Below, in pieces: positions 9,185-18,733 of a stretch of DNA of 64,000 bases. A model generated the notes under the pieces. It made no database searches. It saw only the letters and a program-made list of their open reading frames with translations, and was not told where the DNA came from. Numbering within the stretch: the first letter of the stretch is position 1; the number at the start of each line of letters is the position of its first letter. The stretch comes from Pseudomonadota bacterium (GTDB lineage Bacteria > Bdellovibrionota_G > JALEGL01 > DATDPG01). The translations under genes and the position numbers were made by a program. The stretch covers positions 32,001 through 96,000 of the forward strand of contig JAZDDX010000029.1 of NCBI GenBank assembly GCA_043809315.1, in the 5' to 3' direction.

Positions 9185-10363
9185 TCACTTACACGGTTTC
9201 TGTCCGCCGAGGGCGACGTACGCCTTTGTCTTGGCGACGAGATTCCCGCCATCGGTCGAGGGGGTGGTCTGTCCGCCGATCCCAGCGCCGTACGCCACAC
9301 CCAGAACATTCGACGCCGCCAGCTCGTCCATGTGCGCGAAAAAATAATCGAGCCGGTTGTCCCGGCTTCCTGTTCCGACCGGCACCTGCCACCAGAGAAC
9401 CGGCCGTTGCATCTCCTCGCTCAAGATCGTCGCCCACTGGTTCGCCTGGTGAAAATCGGGGAGCTTCGTGTTCGTCGCGTTCCACCACCACCCCGCAGCC
9501 ACCGCATCCCGATCGCTGATGTCCGCCACGATGAAATCGGCGTCACCGCACGCTTTCAGAAACGCCCCAAGCGCCTTCGTCGGTGTCGTGATATCGGCGG
9601 AGGAATCGGAGTTGCTGATTCCGTTCGGCCAGACCGCCCATCCGGAGGCGTGCAAGCCCACCTTGGCGTTCGGTGCGTATTTCCGGACCATCGCGATCAT
9701 GCACTGACCCAACCCCGCGATCGTGTCCGGTTTGTCGGAACAATCGGTCCCGTTCGCCGACGCCACCGCCGCGGCGATCTTCGTCGGATCGGAGTTCACC
9801 CCCTGGGCGTATCCCCAGAAGTCCGGTTCGACGTGAAGAAACACGGGTTCGGTTCCGATCGTCTGGAGCAGGAAGCGCCAGTCTTTCAGATATCGGGCCA
9901 TGAACACGGCGTCGGCCGCTTTCGTGACCAGCGCAGCCCCCTCCCCCACACCGGCCGACTGGTTGATTTGATAGTAGGAGAACATCGGGATCTGGTGGTT
10001 TGCTTTCGCGTTCTCGATCTGGAACAGCGCCGTGTGTCCCGGCGGGCTCTGCCAGCATCCCCACCAGTTCGTGCTGCCGCAGGGGCAGCTTCCACAGGGG
10101 TCGGACGTCGTGGCAATCCCTCCGGCGATATAGTTGTAACGAATGTCGAATGGCGCCGCCGCCGCGATGTCGTCTTCCATCGTGGCGCCGATCAGAAGGT
10201 GATCTTTTCCGAGCGCGGAAAGAAGAGAATCAGCCAGGGTCTTGCCACCGGAACAGGTGTTGTCCACCTTGACCGCGGTCCCACCGGATCCCCCGGCCGG
10301 CGAGTCACTTCCGCAGGCGGCCACCAGAAGCAGGAACAACCAAAATCTCTTGGACCGAGTCAT
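9185..10363 (-). CDS. Lipoprotein, putative glycoside-hydrolase-like protein
   Basis: Lipobox LVAAC, G/S linker, aromatic-rich body (WWGCW, HVEPDFWGY, WWQVP); family not recognised with certainty. Confidence 0.7.
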   Translation of the reverse strand: MTRSKRFWLFLLLVAACGSDSPAGGSGGTAVKVDNTCSGGKTLADSLLSALGKDHLLIGATMEDDIAAAAPFDIRYNYIAGGIATTSDPCGSCPCGSTNWWGCWQSPPGHTALFQIENAKANHQIPMFSYYQINQSAGVGEGAALVTKAADAVFMARYLKDWRFLLQTIGTEPVFLHVEPDFWGYAQGVNSDPTKIAAAVASANGTDCSDKPDTIAGLGQCMIAMVRKYAPNAKVGLHASGWAVWPNGISNSDSSADITTPTKALGAFLKACGDADFIVADISDRDAVAAGWWWNATNTKLPDFHQANQWATILSEEMQRPVLWWQVPVGTGSRDNRLDYFFAHMDELAASNVLGVAYGAGIGGQTTPSTDGGNLVAKTKAYVALGGQKPCK

Positions 10364-10522
10364 GAGTTCTCCCGCACCTCATCTTGATTAGGCGCAATCT
10401 CCGCGCGATTTCAAGCTTTCCTCGGAGTGGGTCCGGCCGATTCGCTGAGGCGGATCATTCCGACCTGCCGTTTTCCAGGCTTTTCTGGTACGAATACGTC
10501 CCTTTTTTTAGGAGGCTTGAAC

Positions 10523-13168
10523 ATGTCGAAGCGCGTGTATCTGTTTGGTGCGGAAATGACCGAGGGGAGCAAAACCGACGCCCCCCTTCTCGGTAACAAA
10601 GCGGCGAATCTTTCCGAGATGGCGAAGATCGGGATCCCGGTCCCTCCGGGGTTCGCGATCACGACGGCCGAGTGCAACGCCTATTTAAAGACCGGCGGCC
10701 TGACCGACGAACTCAAGCGGGATATCGACGAAGCGGTGAAGAAACTGGAAACCGCAGTCGGCCGGAAGTTCGGCGACACGAAGGACCCTCTCCTCTTCTC
10801 CGTTCGTTCCGGCGCGATCGTTTCGATGCCCGGGATGATGGACACGATCTTAAACCTCGGTCTCTCCAAGAGAAACGTCCTGGGGCTGGCGGAGATCTCG
10901 CGCAACGAGAAGTTCGCCTACGACACGTTCCGACGTCTCGTTCAGATGTTCGGCGACGTCGTCTGCGAGGTCCCGAGCGAGGAGTTCGAGGAGATCCTCG
11001 ACGCCAACAAGAGGAAGTACGGCTACAAGGTCGATTCCGAGTTCACGGCCAAGCAGCTCCAGGAAATCACCGAGCGGTTCCTGGGAATCTTCCGCAAGCA
11101 CACGAAGCGGAATTTCCCGGAGGACCCGCGCGAGCAGCTGATGCTGGCGGTCGAAGCGGTCTTCAAGTCGTGGCATGCGCCGCGCGCCGCGAGCTACCGA
11201 CGGATCAACGGGATCCCGGGGGACCTCGGCACCTCCGCCACGGTCCAGACGATGGTCTTCGGAAACCGCGGGGAGGACTCCGCCACCGGCGTTCTCTTCA
11301 CGCGCGACCCATCCACCGGCAAGAAGGTCCTCATGGGGGAGTTCCTGCAAAACGCCCAGGGGGAGGATGTCGTAGCCGGGATCCGAACACCCAGCCCGAT
11401 CCAGGGGAAAGGGCACACGCTCGAGGGGTTGTTCCCCCCGGTCTACAAGGAGTTGATGGCGATCAACGACCGGCTCGAGAGTCATTTCAAGGATATGCAG
11501 GATGTCGAGTTCACGGTCGAGAACAACCGCCTCTGGATGCTCCAGACACGGAACGGAAAGCGGACCGCGCACGCCGCGGTCCAGGTCGCCGTCGATCTCG
11601 TCAAGGAGGGGCTCATCGACGAAAAGACCGCCGTGCTTCGGGTCAAGCCGGCGCAACTCGATCAGTTACTGCACCCGGTCTTCGATCCGAAAGCGAAGAC
11701 CGAGGTGGTCGCGAAAGGGTTGCCCGCCTCCCCCGGCGCCGTTTCCGGGAAGTGCACCTTCACGGCGAACGACGCCAAGGCCTGGACCGAGCGCGGCGAA
11801 AAAGTGATTCTCGTCCGCCTCGAAACCTCCCCGGAGGACATCGAGGGGATGCACGCCGCACAGGGGATCCTGACGGCGCGCGGAGGTATGACCTCCCACG
11901 CGGCGGTCGTCGCTCGCGGGATGGGGAAGTGCTGCATCGCCGGCTGCGGCGACATCGACGTCCACCACGACGAGAAATATTTCGTCACGAAATCGGGACT
12001 GAAGTTCAAAGAAGGGGAGATCATCAGCCTCAACGGCTCGACCGGCGAGGTCTTAAAAGGCGAGGTGAAGACGATTCAGGGACAGGTCGAGGGGCCGTTT
12101 GAGGTGTTGCTGGGATGGGCCGACAAGTTCCGGAAGATGGGGGTCCGCACGAACGCCGACACGCCGGCCGATTGTCGTACCGCCCGGAAATTCGGCGCGG
12201 AAGGAATCGGTCTCTGCCGGACGGAGCATATGTTCTTCGACAAGACACGAATCGACGTCGTCCGCCAGATGATCCTGGCGAAAACCCCCGAAGAGCGCGT
12301 GAAACCGCTCGAGAAGATCCAGCAGATGCAGCTCGAGGATTTCAAAGGGATCTTCGAGGTGATGGACGGACTTCCCGTCACGATCCGCCTTCTCGATCCT
12401 CCGCTTCACGAGTTCCTGCCCGCGAATCATGAGGAGATCAAGGCTCTGGCCTCGCGCTTGAAGATCGACGCGAAGGAGCTGGAGACGCGGGTGGAGGGGC
12501 TCAAGGAGTTCAACCCGATGCTCGGCCACCGCGGTTGTCGCCTCGGGATCACCTTCCCCGACATCTACGACATGCAGATGCGGGCGATCATGCTGGCGGC
12601 GTGTGAACTCGACACCAAGACGAAGGTCAAAGTGCTTCCGGAGATCATGATCCCGGTCGTGGCCGACCCGAAGGAGTTCAACATTCTTAAGACCCGCCTC
12701 AGTAAGATCGCGGACGAGATCAAGGGGAAGTACGGCTCGTCGCTCAAGTACTGGGTCGGGACGATGATCGAACTGCCACGCGCTGCACTCCTGGCCGGCG
12801 AGATCGCGAAGGAGGCGGAGTTCTTCTCGTTCGGGACGAACGATCTGACGCAGACCGTGTACGGACTCTCGCGCGACGATGGGTTCCGTTTCGTTCCCGA
12901 GTACATCGAGCAGGGGATCTTCCCGAAAGACCCGTTCGCGACGCTCGATCCGAGCGGTGTGTTCGAGTTGGTGCGGATGGGAACCGACCGCGGCCGGGCG
13001 ACGAACCCGAAGCTCAAGGTCGGGATCTGCGGCGAGCACGGAGGAGACCCGGACTCAATCAAGCTGTTCTACGAGGCGGGACTCAACTACGTCAGCTGCT
13101 CGCCGTTCCGCGTTCCGTTGGCACGGCTGCAGGCGGCGCAGATCTCGATCGAAAAGCCGCGAAGTTAG
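10523..13168 (+). CDS. ppdK: Pyruvate, phosphate dikinase
   Basis: SVRSGA..SMPGMMDT, GEDVVAGIRTP, phospho-His GGMTSHAAVVARG, GIGLCRTEHMF, FSFGTNDLTQ, GICGEHGG; AGGAGG RBS. Confidence 0.98.
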   Translation: MSKRVYLFGAEMTEGSKTDAPLLGNKAANLSEMAKIGIPVPPGFAITTAECNAYLKTGGLTDELKRDIDEAVKKLETAVGRKFGDTKDPLLFSVRSGAIVSMPGMMDTILNLGLSKRNVLGLAEISRNEKFAYDTFRRLVQMFGDVVCEVPSEEFEEILDANKRKYGYKVDSEFTAKQLQEITERFLGIFRKHTKRNFPEDPREQLMLAVEAVFKSWHAPRAASYRRINGIPGDLGTSATVQTMVFGNRGEDSATGVLFTRDPSTGKKVLMGEFLQNAQGEDVVAGIRTPSPIQGKGHTLEGLFPPVYKELMAINDRLESHFKDMQDVEFTVENNRLWMLQTRNGKRTAHAAVQVAVDLVKEGLIDEKTAVLRVKPAQLDQLLHPVFDPKAKTEVVAKGLPASPGAVSGKCTFTANDAKAWTERGEKVILVRLETSPEDIEGMHAAQGILTARGGMTSHAAVVARGMGKCCIAGCGDIDVHHDEKYFVTKSGLKFKEGEIISLNGSTGEVLKGEVKTIQGQVEGPFEVLLGWADKFRKMGVRTNADTPADCRTARKFGAEGIGLCRTEHMFFDKTRIDVVRQMILAKTPEERVKPLEKIQQMQLEDFKGIFEVMDGLPVTIRLLDPPLHEFLPANHEEIKALASRLKIDAKELETRVEGLKEFNPMLGHRGCRLGITFPDIYDMQMRAIMLAACELDTKTKVKVLPEIMIPVVADPKEFNILKTRLSKIADEIKGKYGSSLKYWVGTMIELPRAALLAGEIAKEAEFFSFGTNDLTQTVYGLSRDDGFRFVPEYIEQGIFPKDPFATLDPSGVFELVRMGTDRGRATNPKLKVGICGEHGGDPDSIKLFYEAGLNYVSCSPFRVPLARLQAAQISIEKPRS

Positions 13169-13914
13169 AAGCTGAACCCGAACGCCAGGAGCGGGATCCC
13201 CAGCGGGGCGTATTCCAGAATCTTGCTGGTCTTTCGATAGACCGGGATGACGAAGCTCACATCCCCGAAGAAACTTCCGCCCGAGCCGAAAAAGCGAAGG
13301 CCGTAGAGGACCGCCCAGGCTTTCCCCCAACGGTCGCTCCTCGGGGCATTGAACGAAAACATCTCGACGTTGAACTTCATATGTTTCGCCATCGAGACAC
13401 TCACCCCAACATTCGGGACCACCGCATACCCCGACCGGCGACCGGTATGGCCACCATAGTTCAGCATCGCGATGTTGATCGCGGCGCGATGGTCGCCGAT
13501 GGTGAGGATCGGTCCGCCGCCGTAATAGTAGGCTGAGTCATTCGAACTCTTGAAGAGGTACGAGACCATTCCTCCTTGGCCGTAAACCCCGAGATGTAGT
13601 TTCGGGTTGATGGAGGTGGTGAAACGGAATGCCGTGCCCGCGACCAGAATCCCGAACGGCGGAACCCCCTGGAGGCCGATCGTGGCCTGATCGTTCACCT
13701 GGAACCCGAAATCCCAAAGACCCAGGTTGAATGCCGTCGCCCTCACCCCTTTCCGGACATTCGGCAGAGCGGTCGGCCCCCAGATCACCCGGGAGGAGGC
13801 GGGGTCGACCGTTTCGGTCCGGGTCGGCGGCTCGATATCCCATTCCGAGACGGCGAGGGCCGGTAGGGAGGTGGAAAGAGTGAAAAGAACGATCGCAACG
13901 GTTCGTTTGGTCAT
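13165..13914 (-). CDS. Secreted protein, probable outer-membrane beta-barrel
   Basis: Signal peptide MTKRTVAIVLFTLSTSLPALA; alternating aromatic/Gly strands; terminal Phe (AFGFSF). Confidence 0.7.
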   Translation of the reverse strand: MTKRTVAIVLFTLSTSLPALAVSEWDIEPPTRTETVDPASSRVIWGPTALPNVRKGVRATAFNLGLWDFGFQVNDQATIGLQGVPPFGILVAGTAFRFTTSINPKLHLGVYGQGGMVSYLFKSSNDSAYYYGGGPILTIGDHRAAINIAMLNYGGHTGRRSGYAVVPNVGVSVSMAKHMKFNVEMFSFNAPRSDRWGKAWAVLYGLRFFGSGGSFFGDVSFVIPVYRKTSKILEYAPLGIPLLAFGFSF

Positions 13915-13926
13915 GCTTCTCCCCTC

Positions 13927-13942
13927 AGCAATCACCGTGCCA
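13927..13942 (-). promoter_or_regulatory. Sigma54 -24/-12 promoter
   Basis: TGGCACGGTGATTGCT, a perfect TGGCAC-N5-TTGCW match, 14 nt upstream of ATG 13914. Confidence 0.8.
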
Positions 13943-14013
13943 ACCCTTTCCGTGCGGCGGACGCTGTCAAAGTCGAGCTTTCTGACATCCGGTTGACAGT
14001 CCGTCGGTTCGTC

Positions 14014-14547
14014 CTAACGGACACATTTCGGCGGATCCGCCCGGTCGCAAATTTTCATGTTGTCGTTCACGTACCGGGTGATCCGCTCCGCATCCTCCGG
14101 CGAAAGCTTGATTCGGGGAAGCTGGTACCGGATCGCGTAGACGACGTCGTTCTCCCCGTCCACTACGAGCAGCACGCCGCTTTCGACCTGCATCGGGCAC
14201 TGGTACCGGATCGTCGACCGTTTCCGGTCTTTCGTCTGGGAGATCACTTCCGTCTTGCACTTTCCCAGCCGATACGCCTTGAGGCGCTCCTCCGCCAGCT
14301 TGGGTGCCGTGATTTTCATCGTGGACTTGGGGAGATATTCTTCCACGATCATTTCCGTATACGTAGACGGCGTCTCGCCGACCTTCATGAACATGGTCTC
14401 GCCGTGGTCCCTAAAGTTCGTGTGCTGCGCCGCCCGCCAATGAGGCGGCAGTTTCATCATCAACTCCGGTTTCACACTCTCCACACCGAGACCGACCGAA
14501 GACGTAAGAAGGATCCAAACAAAAAGAGAACCGCGGAAGAGTCGCAT
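14014..14547 (-). CDS. Hypothetical secreted protein
   Basis: MRLFRGSLFVWILLTSSVGLG signal-like start; TTGTCC-17-TACGAT promoter ends 6 nt before the ATG. Confidence 0.7.
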   Translation of the reverse strand: MRLFRGSLFVWILLTSSVGLGVESVKPELMMKLPPHWRAAQHTNFRDHGETMFMKVGETPSTYTEMIVEEYLPKSTMKITAPKLAEERLKAYRLGKCKTEVISQTKDRKRSTIRYQCPMQVESGVLLVVDGENDVVYAIRYQLPRIKLSPEDAERITRYVNDNMKICDRADPPKCVR

Positions 14548-14553
14548 TGTTGA

Positions 14554-14582
14554 ATCGTACCCTCCGGAACCGACCGGGACAA
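14554..14582 (-). promoter_or_regulatory. Sigma70-type promoter with leaderless geometry
   Basis: TTGTCC-N17-TACGAT-N6-ATG(14547); no SD. Confidence 0.55.
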
Positions 14583-14634
14583 AAAAGTTCGCATTTCGGC
14601 CCGTTCCGTGGAGAAATACCCCTTCGGAGGTGTC

Positions 14635-14955
14635 ATGAACAGGCAACTAGTGGTAATTGCGGTCATCGGATTGGCGACCGTCGCGACGGCCCAACCGGCG
14701 AAGCATGCCCGTCACCGGCAGGTGAGGCAGCAGGAAAGAATCCATCAAGGCGTAAAATCGGGGGAACTGACCCCGGAGGAAGTCCGCAAACTCGAACAGG
14801 AACAACGCTTGGTCCGGCAGGCGAAGAGAGCCGCCCGCTTGGACGGCGTCGTGACGCCCGAGGAAAAGCAGAAGATCCATCAGATGCAGGAAAAGACTTC
14901 GAAAGACATCTACGACGAGAAGCACGACGCGGAAAAAGCTCCGAATACCCCGTAG
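14635..14955 (+). CDS. Small secreted helical protein (repeat motif RIxQGVxSGELTxxE)
   Basis: GGAGG RBS, signal peptide ending ATA-Q, charged helical body. Confidence 0.8.
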   Translation: MNRQLVVIAVIGLATVATAQPAKHARHRQVRQQERIHQGVKSGELTPEEVRKLEQEQRLVRQAKRAARLDGVVTPEEKQKIHQMQEKTSKDIYDEKHDAEKAPNTP

Positions 14956-15121
14956 CATCGCCTGCGCGGCCCTGTTTCTTCTGGCCTGGACGGCGTTCGG
15001 GACGCTGGGCCGGACACCGTTCCTTTACGACGATGTCGTCACGATCCGGGACAACCGCCTGCTCGCCGATGCCGGCGGCCTTGGAAAAATCTGGCGCGGT
15101 CAGGTCGACCTACGCGGGGAG

Positions 15122-16507
15122 ATGAACGGCGTCTACCGGCCCCTCCTGCTGACCTTCTTTTCCGCCCTGGGGCGCCTTGCAGGGTTCGAACCTCCCGTCT
15201 TCCGACTCGCCTCCCTCGTACTCCATGCTTCGACCGCCTTTCTCTTCTTTCTCCTGGCCCAACAGCTGTTTCGTCTGAGTTCCCTCGCGGCCGCAACCGC
15301 GGCATTGGTCTTTCTTCTGCACCCTCTTCAAACCACGAACCTTGCCATCGCCTGGAAGCAGAGCGATCTTTGGGTTTCGCTCCTTTCCCTTTCCTCTCTT
15401 CTCCTTTGGAACCACAAGAAGGGAATCGTCCCCGCTCTCTTTCTCTTCCTTCTCGCTCTCGGATTCAAAGAAACAGCGCTGATGATGCCGTTCCTCTGGC
15501 TCGCCACCGAACCGTTGCGGGGCCCGGAGGGAAGAAGCAGTAGAATCACCGCGGGCGTCGCGGGCGCCGTGACTGGCACAATCTTCTTTCTGTTTCTCCC
15601 TGCGCTCGTGCGCCCCTCTTCCACCCCGGGCAGTTTCCCGGGAAGCGGCTGGAGCTACTTCCTCACGCAGCTCGGAGTCTATCCGTACTACCTGAGAGAT
15701 CTCCTGTGGCCGCCGAATCTTACGATCGACCGGACGATTCCGCTGGCTTCGTCCCTTTCGGTTTCGCTCTTCCTATCCCTCGCGATCGTATCGAGCCTCT
15801 TGGCCGGCCTGATTGCGGGGACTGTCCGGAAGAATGCCGCCGCGATCTCGATCCTTCTGGCAGCCATCTGCTTCCTTCCCTCTTCGTCCCTCCACCCGCT
15901 CTCGCTTCTCTACGACGAGACGCGCCTCTACCTGGCTCTCGGCTTTCTTTCGATCGGACTCGTGAAACTCATCCTCTCCGTTTTGCCGGACGAGAGGATC
16001 CGGCCGGTCCTTAGAGTTTCTCTCTCGGCGAGCCTGGCGCTTCTTCTTCTCGTTTCCGGCCGACTCGGAACTTTCCGCTGGCGGTCGGAGGAGGCGCTTT
16101 GGGCCTCCGCCCTCGCCGTCGATCCAACATCGCTCCGGGCGCATTACCAGCTCGGGTACCTCGCCCAAAAAGCCCGCGCTCTGGATGACGCCGAACGGGA
16201 ATTCCGGAACGCCCTTGACCTCAACCCTAAGTTCCCGAACGCGCGTCTTCATTTGGGGATCGTTCTGGGGCAGAAGGGGGATCTCGACGGAGCCGCCCGG
16301 GAGTTCCGGCAACTCCTCTCGGCCGAGCCGTATTGGGCGTCCCAAGCCCACTTTTACCTGGGGTTGAATGCGGTCTATCGGCGCGATTTCGCCCAAGCGA
16401 AAGAGGAGTTCGCGACGGTCCGGAATTTCTCTCCCGGATCGGTGGAGGCCGAGCGGGGAGAGGCGATCTTGAACCGGACACGGGCGTACGCTACTCTCCG
16501 CAAATGA
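15122..16507 (+). CDS. TMTC-like GT-C membrane glycosyltransferase with C-terminal TPRs; true start probably ~14945 (see findings)
   Basis: YRPL, LFLLHP-like (VFLLHP), KE motif (GFKET), RLYL, W-S-LW motifs, multiple TM helices, TPR tail; in-frame upstream TM plus PFLYDD. Confidence 0.8.
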   Translation: MNGVYRPLLLTFFSALGRLAGFEPPVFRLASLVLHASTAFLFFLLAQQLFRLSSLAAATAALVFLLHPLQTTNLAIAWKQSDLWVSLLSLSSLLLWNHKKGIVPALFLFLLALGFKETALMMPFLWLATEPLRGPEGRSSRITAGVAGAVTGTIFFLFLPALVRPSSTPGSFPGSGWSYFLTQLGVYPYYLRDLLWPPNLTIDRTIPLASSLSVSLFLSLAIVSSLLAGLIAGTVRKNAAAISILLAAICFLPSSSLHPLSLLYDETRLYLALGFLSIGLVKLILSVLPDERIRPVLRVSLSASLALLLLVSGRLGTFRWRSEEALWASALAVDPTSLRAHYQLGYLAQKARALDDAEREFRNALDLNPKFPNARLHLGIVLGQKGDLDGAAREFRQLLSAEPYWASQAHFYLGLNAVYRRDFAQAKEEFATVRNFSPGSVEAERGEAILNRTRAYATLRK

Positions 16508-16872
16508 CCGAACCCAGCCCCCCGCACCCGACCCGCGCGCGCCGGATTCCGGTCCGGATCCCGATCGAGCGCTCGACGCTCCCGGTCTTTCTCGACAGCG
16601 AGATCATGAACCTCTCGAAAGGAGGGGTCTTCGTCCGGACCGACCTCCCTCTCCCCCCCGGCAGCTCGATCGATTTCGAGTTCACGATCCCCGGTTCCGA
16701 ACGGGTGATCCGAGCGGAAGGGATCGTCGTCTGGGTCCGGAAACGGGACTCGAAGGACCGGGTCTTTCTCCCGGAACACCCCCCAGGAATGGGGGTTCAG
16801 TTTTCCAAACTGGCATCGGGGGATGTCGAGGCGATCCTCGATGAGATCGAATCGCTGATCGAGATTTCCTAA
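16504..16872 (+). CDS. Stand-alone PilZ-domain protein (myxobacterial TIGR02266-like)
   Basis: NLSKGGVFVRT..PLPPGS, GIVVWVR, PGMGVQF; ATGA overlap with the upstream stop. Confidence 0.85.
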   Translation: MTEPSPPHPTRARRIPVRIPIERSTLPVFLDSEIMNLSKGGVFVRTDLPLPPGSSIDFEFTIPGSERVIRAEGIVVWVRKRDSKDRVFLPEHPPGMGVQFSKLASGDVEAILDEIESLIEIS

Positions 16873-16878
16873 AAAATT

Positions 16879-16914
16879 CAAGCGGTTGATTGTTTGCGGC
16901 TGATCTGATAAAAA
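16879..16914 (+). promoter_or_regulatory. Putative carD promoter overlapping an IHF-consensus site
   Basis: TTGATT-17-TAAAAA with extended TG; 16879-16891 reverse complement AATCAACCGCTTG = WATCAANNNNTTR. Confidence 0.45.
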
Positions 16915-16927
16915 AGCGGGTCAATTT

Positions 16928-17437
16928 ATGGCGCCCCTCCCGGCCAATTTACATAAGTTCAAAATCGGAGAAAAGGCCGTCTATCCGGCTCACGGCGTCG
17001 GCGTCATCGAACGGATCGAGAATAAGGAGATCGCCGGGGCGATCCTGTCGTTCTACGTGATCCGGATTCTCGACAGCGACGTGACGGTCATGATCCCCAC
17101 GAACAACATCCAGACCGCCGGTCTCCGGGAGATCATCCAGCCCGAGAAGGTGAACCAGGTCTATAAGATCTTCCAGAAGAGGGACGTCGTGATCGACACG
17201 ACCACTTGGAACCGCCAGTACCGGGAGTACATGGAGAAGATCAAAACCGGGTCGGTCTTCGAGATTGCGGAAGTCATGCGGGACCTCTACGTCCTCAAGA
17301 GGACGAAGACCCTCTCCTTCGGGGAACGGAAAATGCTCGACACCGCCCGGAACCTCCTGATCAAGGAACTGGCCCTCGCCAAATCGGTGAGCGAGGACGA
17401 GATCGAACTGAACATCAAAAAGATCTTCGAAGTGTGA
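16928..17437 (+). CDS. carD: CarD/CdnL RNA-polymerase-binding transcription factor
   Basis: FKIGEKAVYPAHGVG, GLREII, TWNRQYR, KIKTGSVFEIAEVMRDL, LSFGERKML; adjacent to ispDF. Confidence 0.95.
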   Translation: MAPLPANLHKFKIGEKAVYPAHGVGVIERIENKEIAGAILSFYVIRILDSDVTVMIPTNNIQTAGLREIIQPEKVNQVYKIFQKRDVVIDTTTWNRQYREYMEKIKTGSVFEIAEVMRDLYVLKRTKTLSFGERKMLDTARNLLIKELALAKSVSEDEIELNIKKIFEV

Positions 17438-18123
17438 AGGCGACGGCGATCATCACGGCGGGAGGGATCGGAACACGGATCCTGTCCCCCGTCCCGAAGC
17501 AGTTTATTCCGATCGCCGGCCTCCCCCTCATCATCCACACGCTTCGCGCCTTCGATCAGGCGCAAACGATCGATCACGTGATCGTCGTACTTCCGGAAAC
17601 CGAAAGCGATCGGCTGAACCAGCACGAGCTCAAACGGTACGAGATCCAGAAGGTCACCGCGGTCGTCTTCGGAGGGGAGACCCGGCAGGTCTCGGTCGGG
17701 AACGGCCTCGAGGCGATCCGCTGGGGTGCGAAATATGTCGCGATCCACGACGCCGCCCGTTGCCTCGTCACGCCGGAATTGGTCGACCGAACCGTCGCCG
17801 CCTGCAATGGATGGGACGGAGCGATCGCCGCCCTTCCCGTCCGCGATACGATCAAGCTCGTCGAGGGGGAAACGATCCTCAAGACCGAGCCGCGCGAAAA
17901 ACTTTGGGCCATGCAGACGCCGCAGGTGTTCCGCTTCCCCTTCATCCTCGACGCCTACCGGAACGCAAAGGCGACCGGTTTGGTGGCGACCGACGACGCC
18001 GCCGTGGCCGAGAAGGCTGGGGGGAAGATCCGGGTCATCGAGGGGAGCAGCCGGAACCTGAAGATCACGTTCGAGGAGGATCTCCGCCTCGCGGAGACGA
18101 TCCTTAAAGCGGGGGGAAAATGA
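17434..18123 (+). CDS. ispD: 2-C-methyl-D-erythritol 4-phosphate cytidylyltransferase
   Basis: GTG start overlapping the carD stop; AGGIGTR..PKQF, IHDAARC, QTPQVF, TDDA, NLKIT. Confidence 0.95.
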   Translation: MKATAIITAGGIGTRILSPVPKQFIPIAGLPLIIHTLRAFDQAQTIDHVIVVLPETESDRLNQHELKRYEIQKVTAVVFGGETRQVSVGNGLEAIRWGAKYVAIHDAARCLVTPELVDRTVAACNGWDGAIAALPVRDTIKLVEGETILKTEPREKLWAMQTPQVFRFPFILDAYRNAKATGLVATDDAAVAEKAGGKIRVIEGSSRNLKITFEEDLRLAETILKAGGK

Positions 18124-18602
18124 AGGGAGAGATTCGAATCGGGCAGGGGATCGACTTTCACCCGTTCGCCGAGGGGCGGAAGCTCGTTCTCGGTGGAGTT
18201 GAGATCCCGGGGGCGAAGGGGCTTGCGGGCCACTCCGACGCCGATGCCCTCTCGCATGCGATTGTGGATGCTCTCTTGGGAGCGCTGGCGCTCGGTGACA
18301 TCGGCATGCACTTCCTCGACACCGATCCGAGGTGGAAGGGGAAGTCGAGCCTCCACTTCGTCGAGTTCGCCACGATCCTCGTCGCCGAAAAGGGGTGGAC
18401 CATCGGGAACGTCGATTCGACGATCGTGACGGAAGAGCCGATCTTGAGGCCTCACGTCGAACCGATGCGGAAAAAACTGGCCGGAGCGCTCGCCCTCGAA
18501 CTCGATCAGGTCAGCGTCAAGGCGACCCGACCGGAGAAACTCGGAGCCCTCGGTCGAAAAGAAGGGCTCGTTGCCCTCGCGACGGCGATCCTACATCGAT
18601 AA
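18120..18602 (+). CDS. ispF: 2-C-methyl-D-erythritol 2,4-cyclodiphosphate synthase
   Basis: RIGQGIDFH, GHSDADALSHAIVDALLGA..LGDIG.HF, SVKAT. Confidence 0.97.
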   Translation: MKGEIRIGQGIDFHPFAEGRKLVLGGVEIPGAKGLAGHSDADALSHAIVDALLGALALGDIGMHFLDTDPRWKGKSSLHFVEFATILVAEKGWTIGNVDSTIVTEEPILRPHVEPMRKKLAGALALELDQVSVKATRPEKLGALGRKEGLVALATAILHR

Positions 18603-18694
18603 GAATGTCAGCTTGAGCCCGACCTGACACGATCCTCGTCCCCCCTGACAGCACCAGCTCACATCATTCCGGACAGTTAGCTTCTTCTCCTGCT

Positions 18695-18710
18695 TGGTAC
18701 GGAGATTGCT
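18695..18710 (+). promoter_or_regulatory. Sigma54 promoter
   Basis: TGGTACGGAGATTGCT upstream of the lipoprotein gene; palindrome TGTCAG-N12-CTGACA at 18606-18629 could be an activator site. Confidence 0.7.
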
Positions 18711-18733
18711 CATCCGGAAGGCAGGAGAAAGAA

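Noticed and set aside
10393-10408. Sigma54-like motif TCGCGCGGAGATTGCG upstream of the 10363 lipoprotein
   Set aside because: Lacks the invariant -24 GG.
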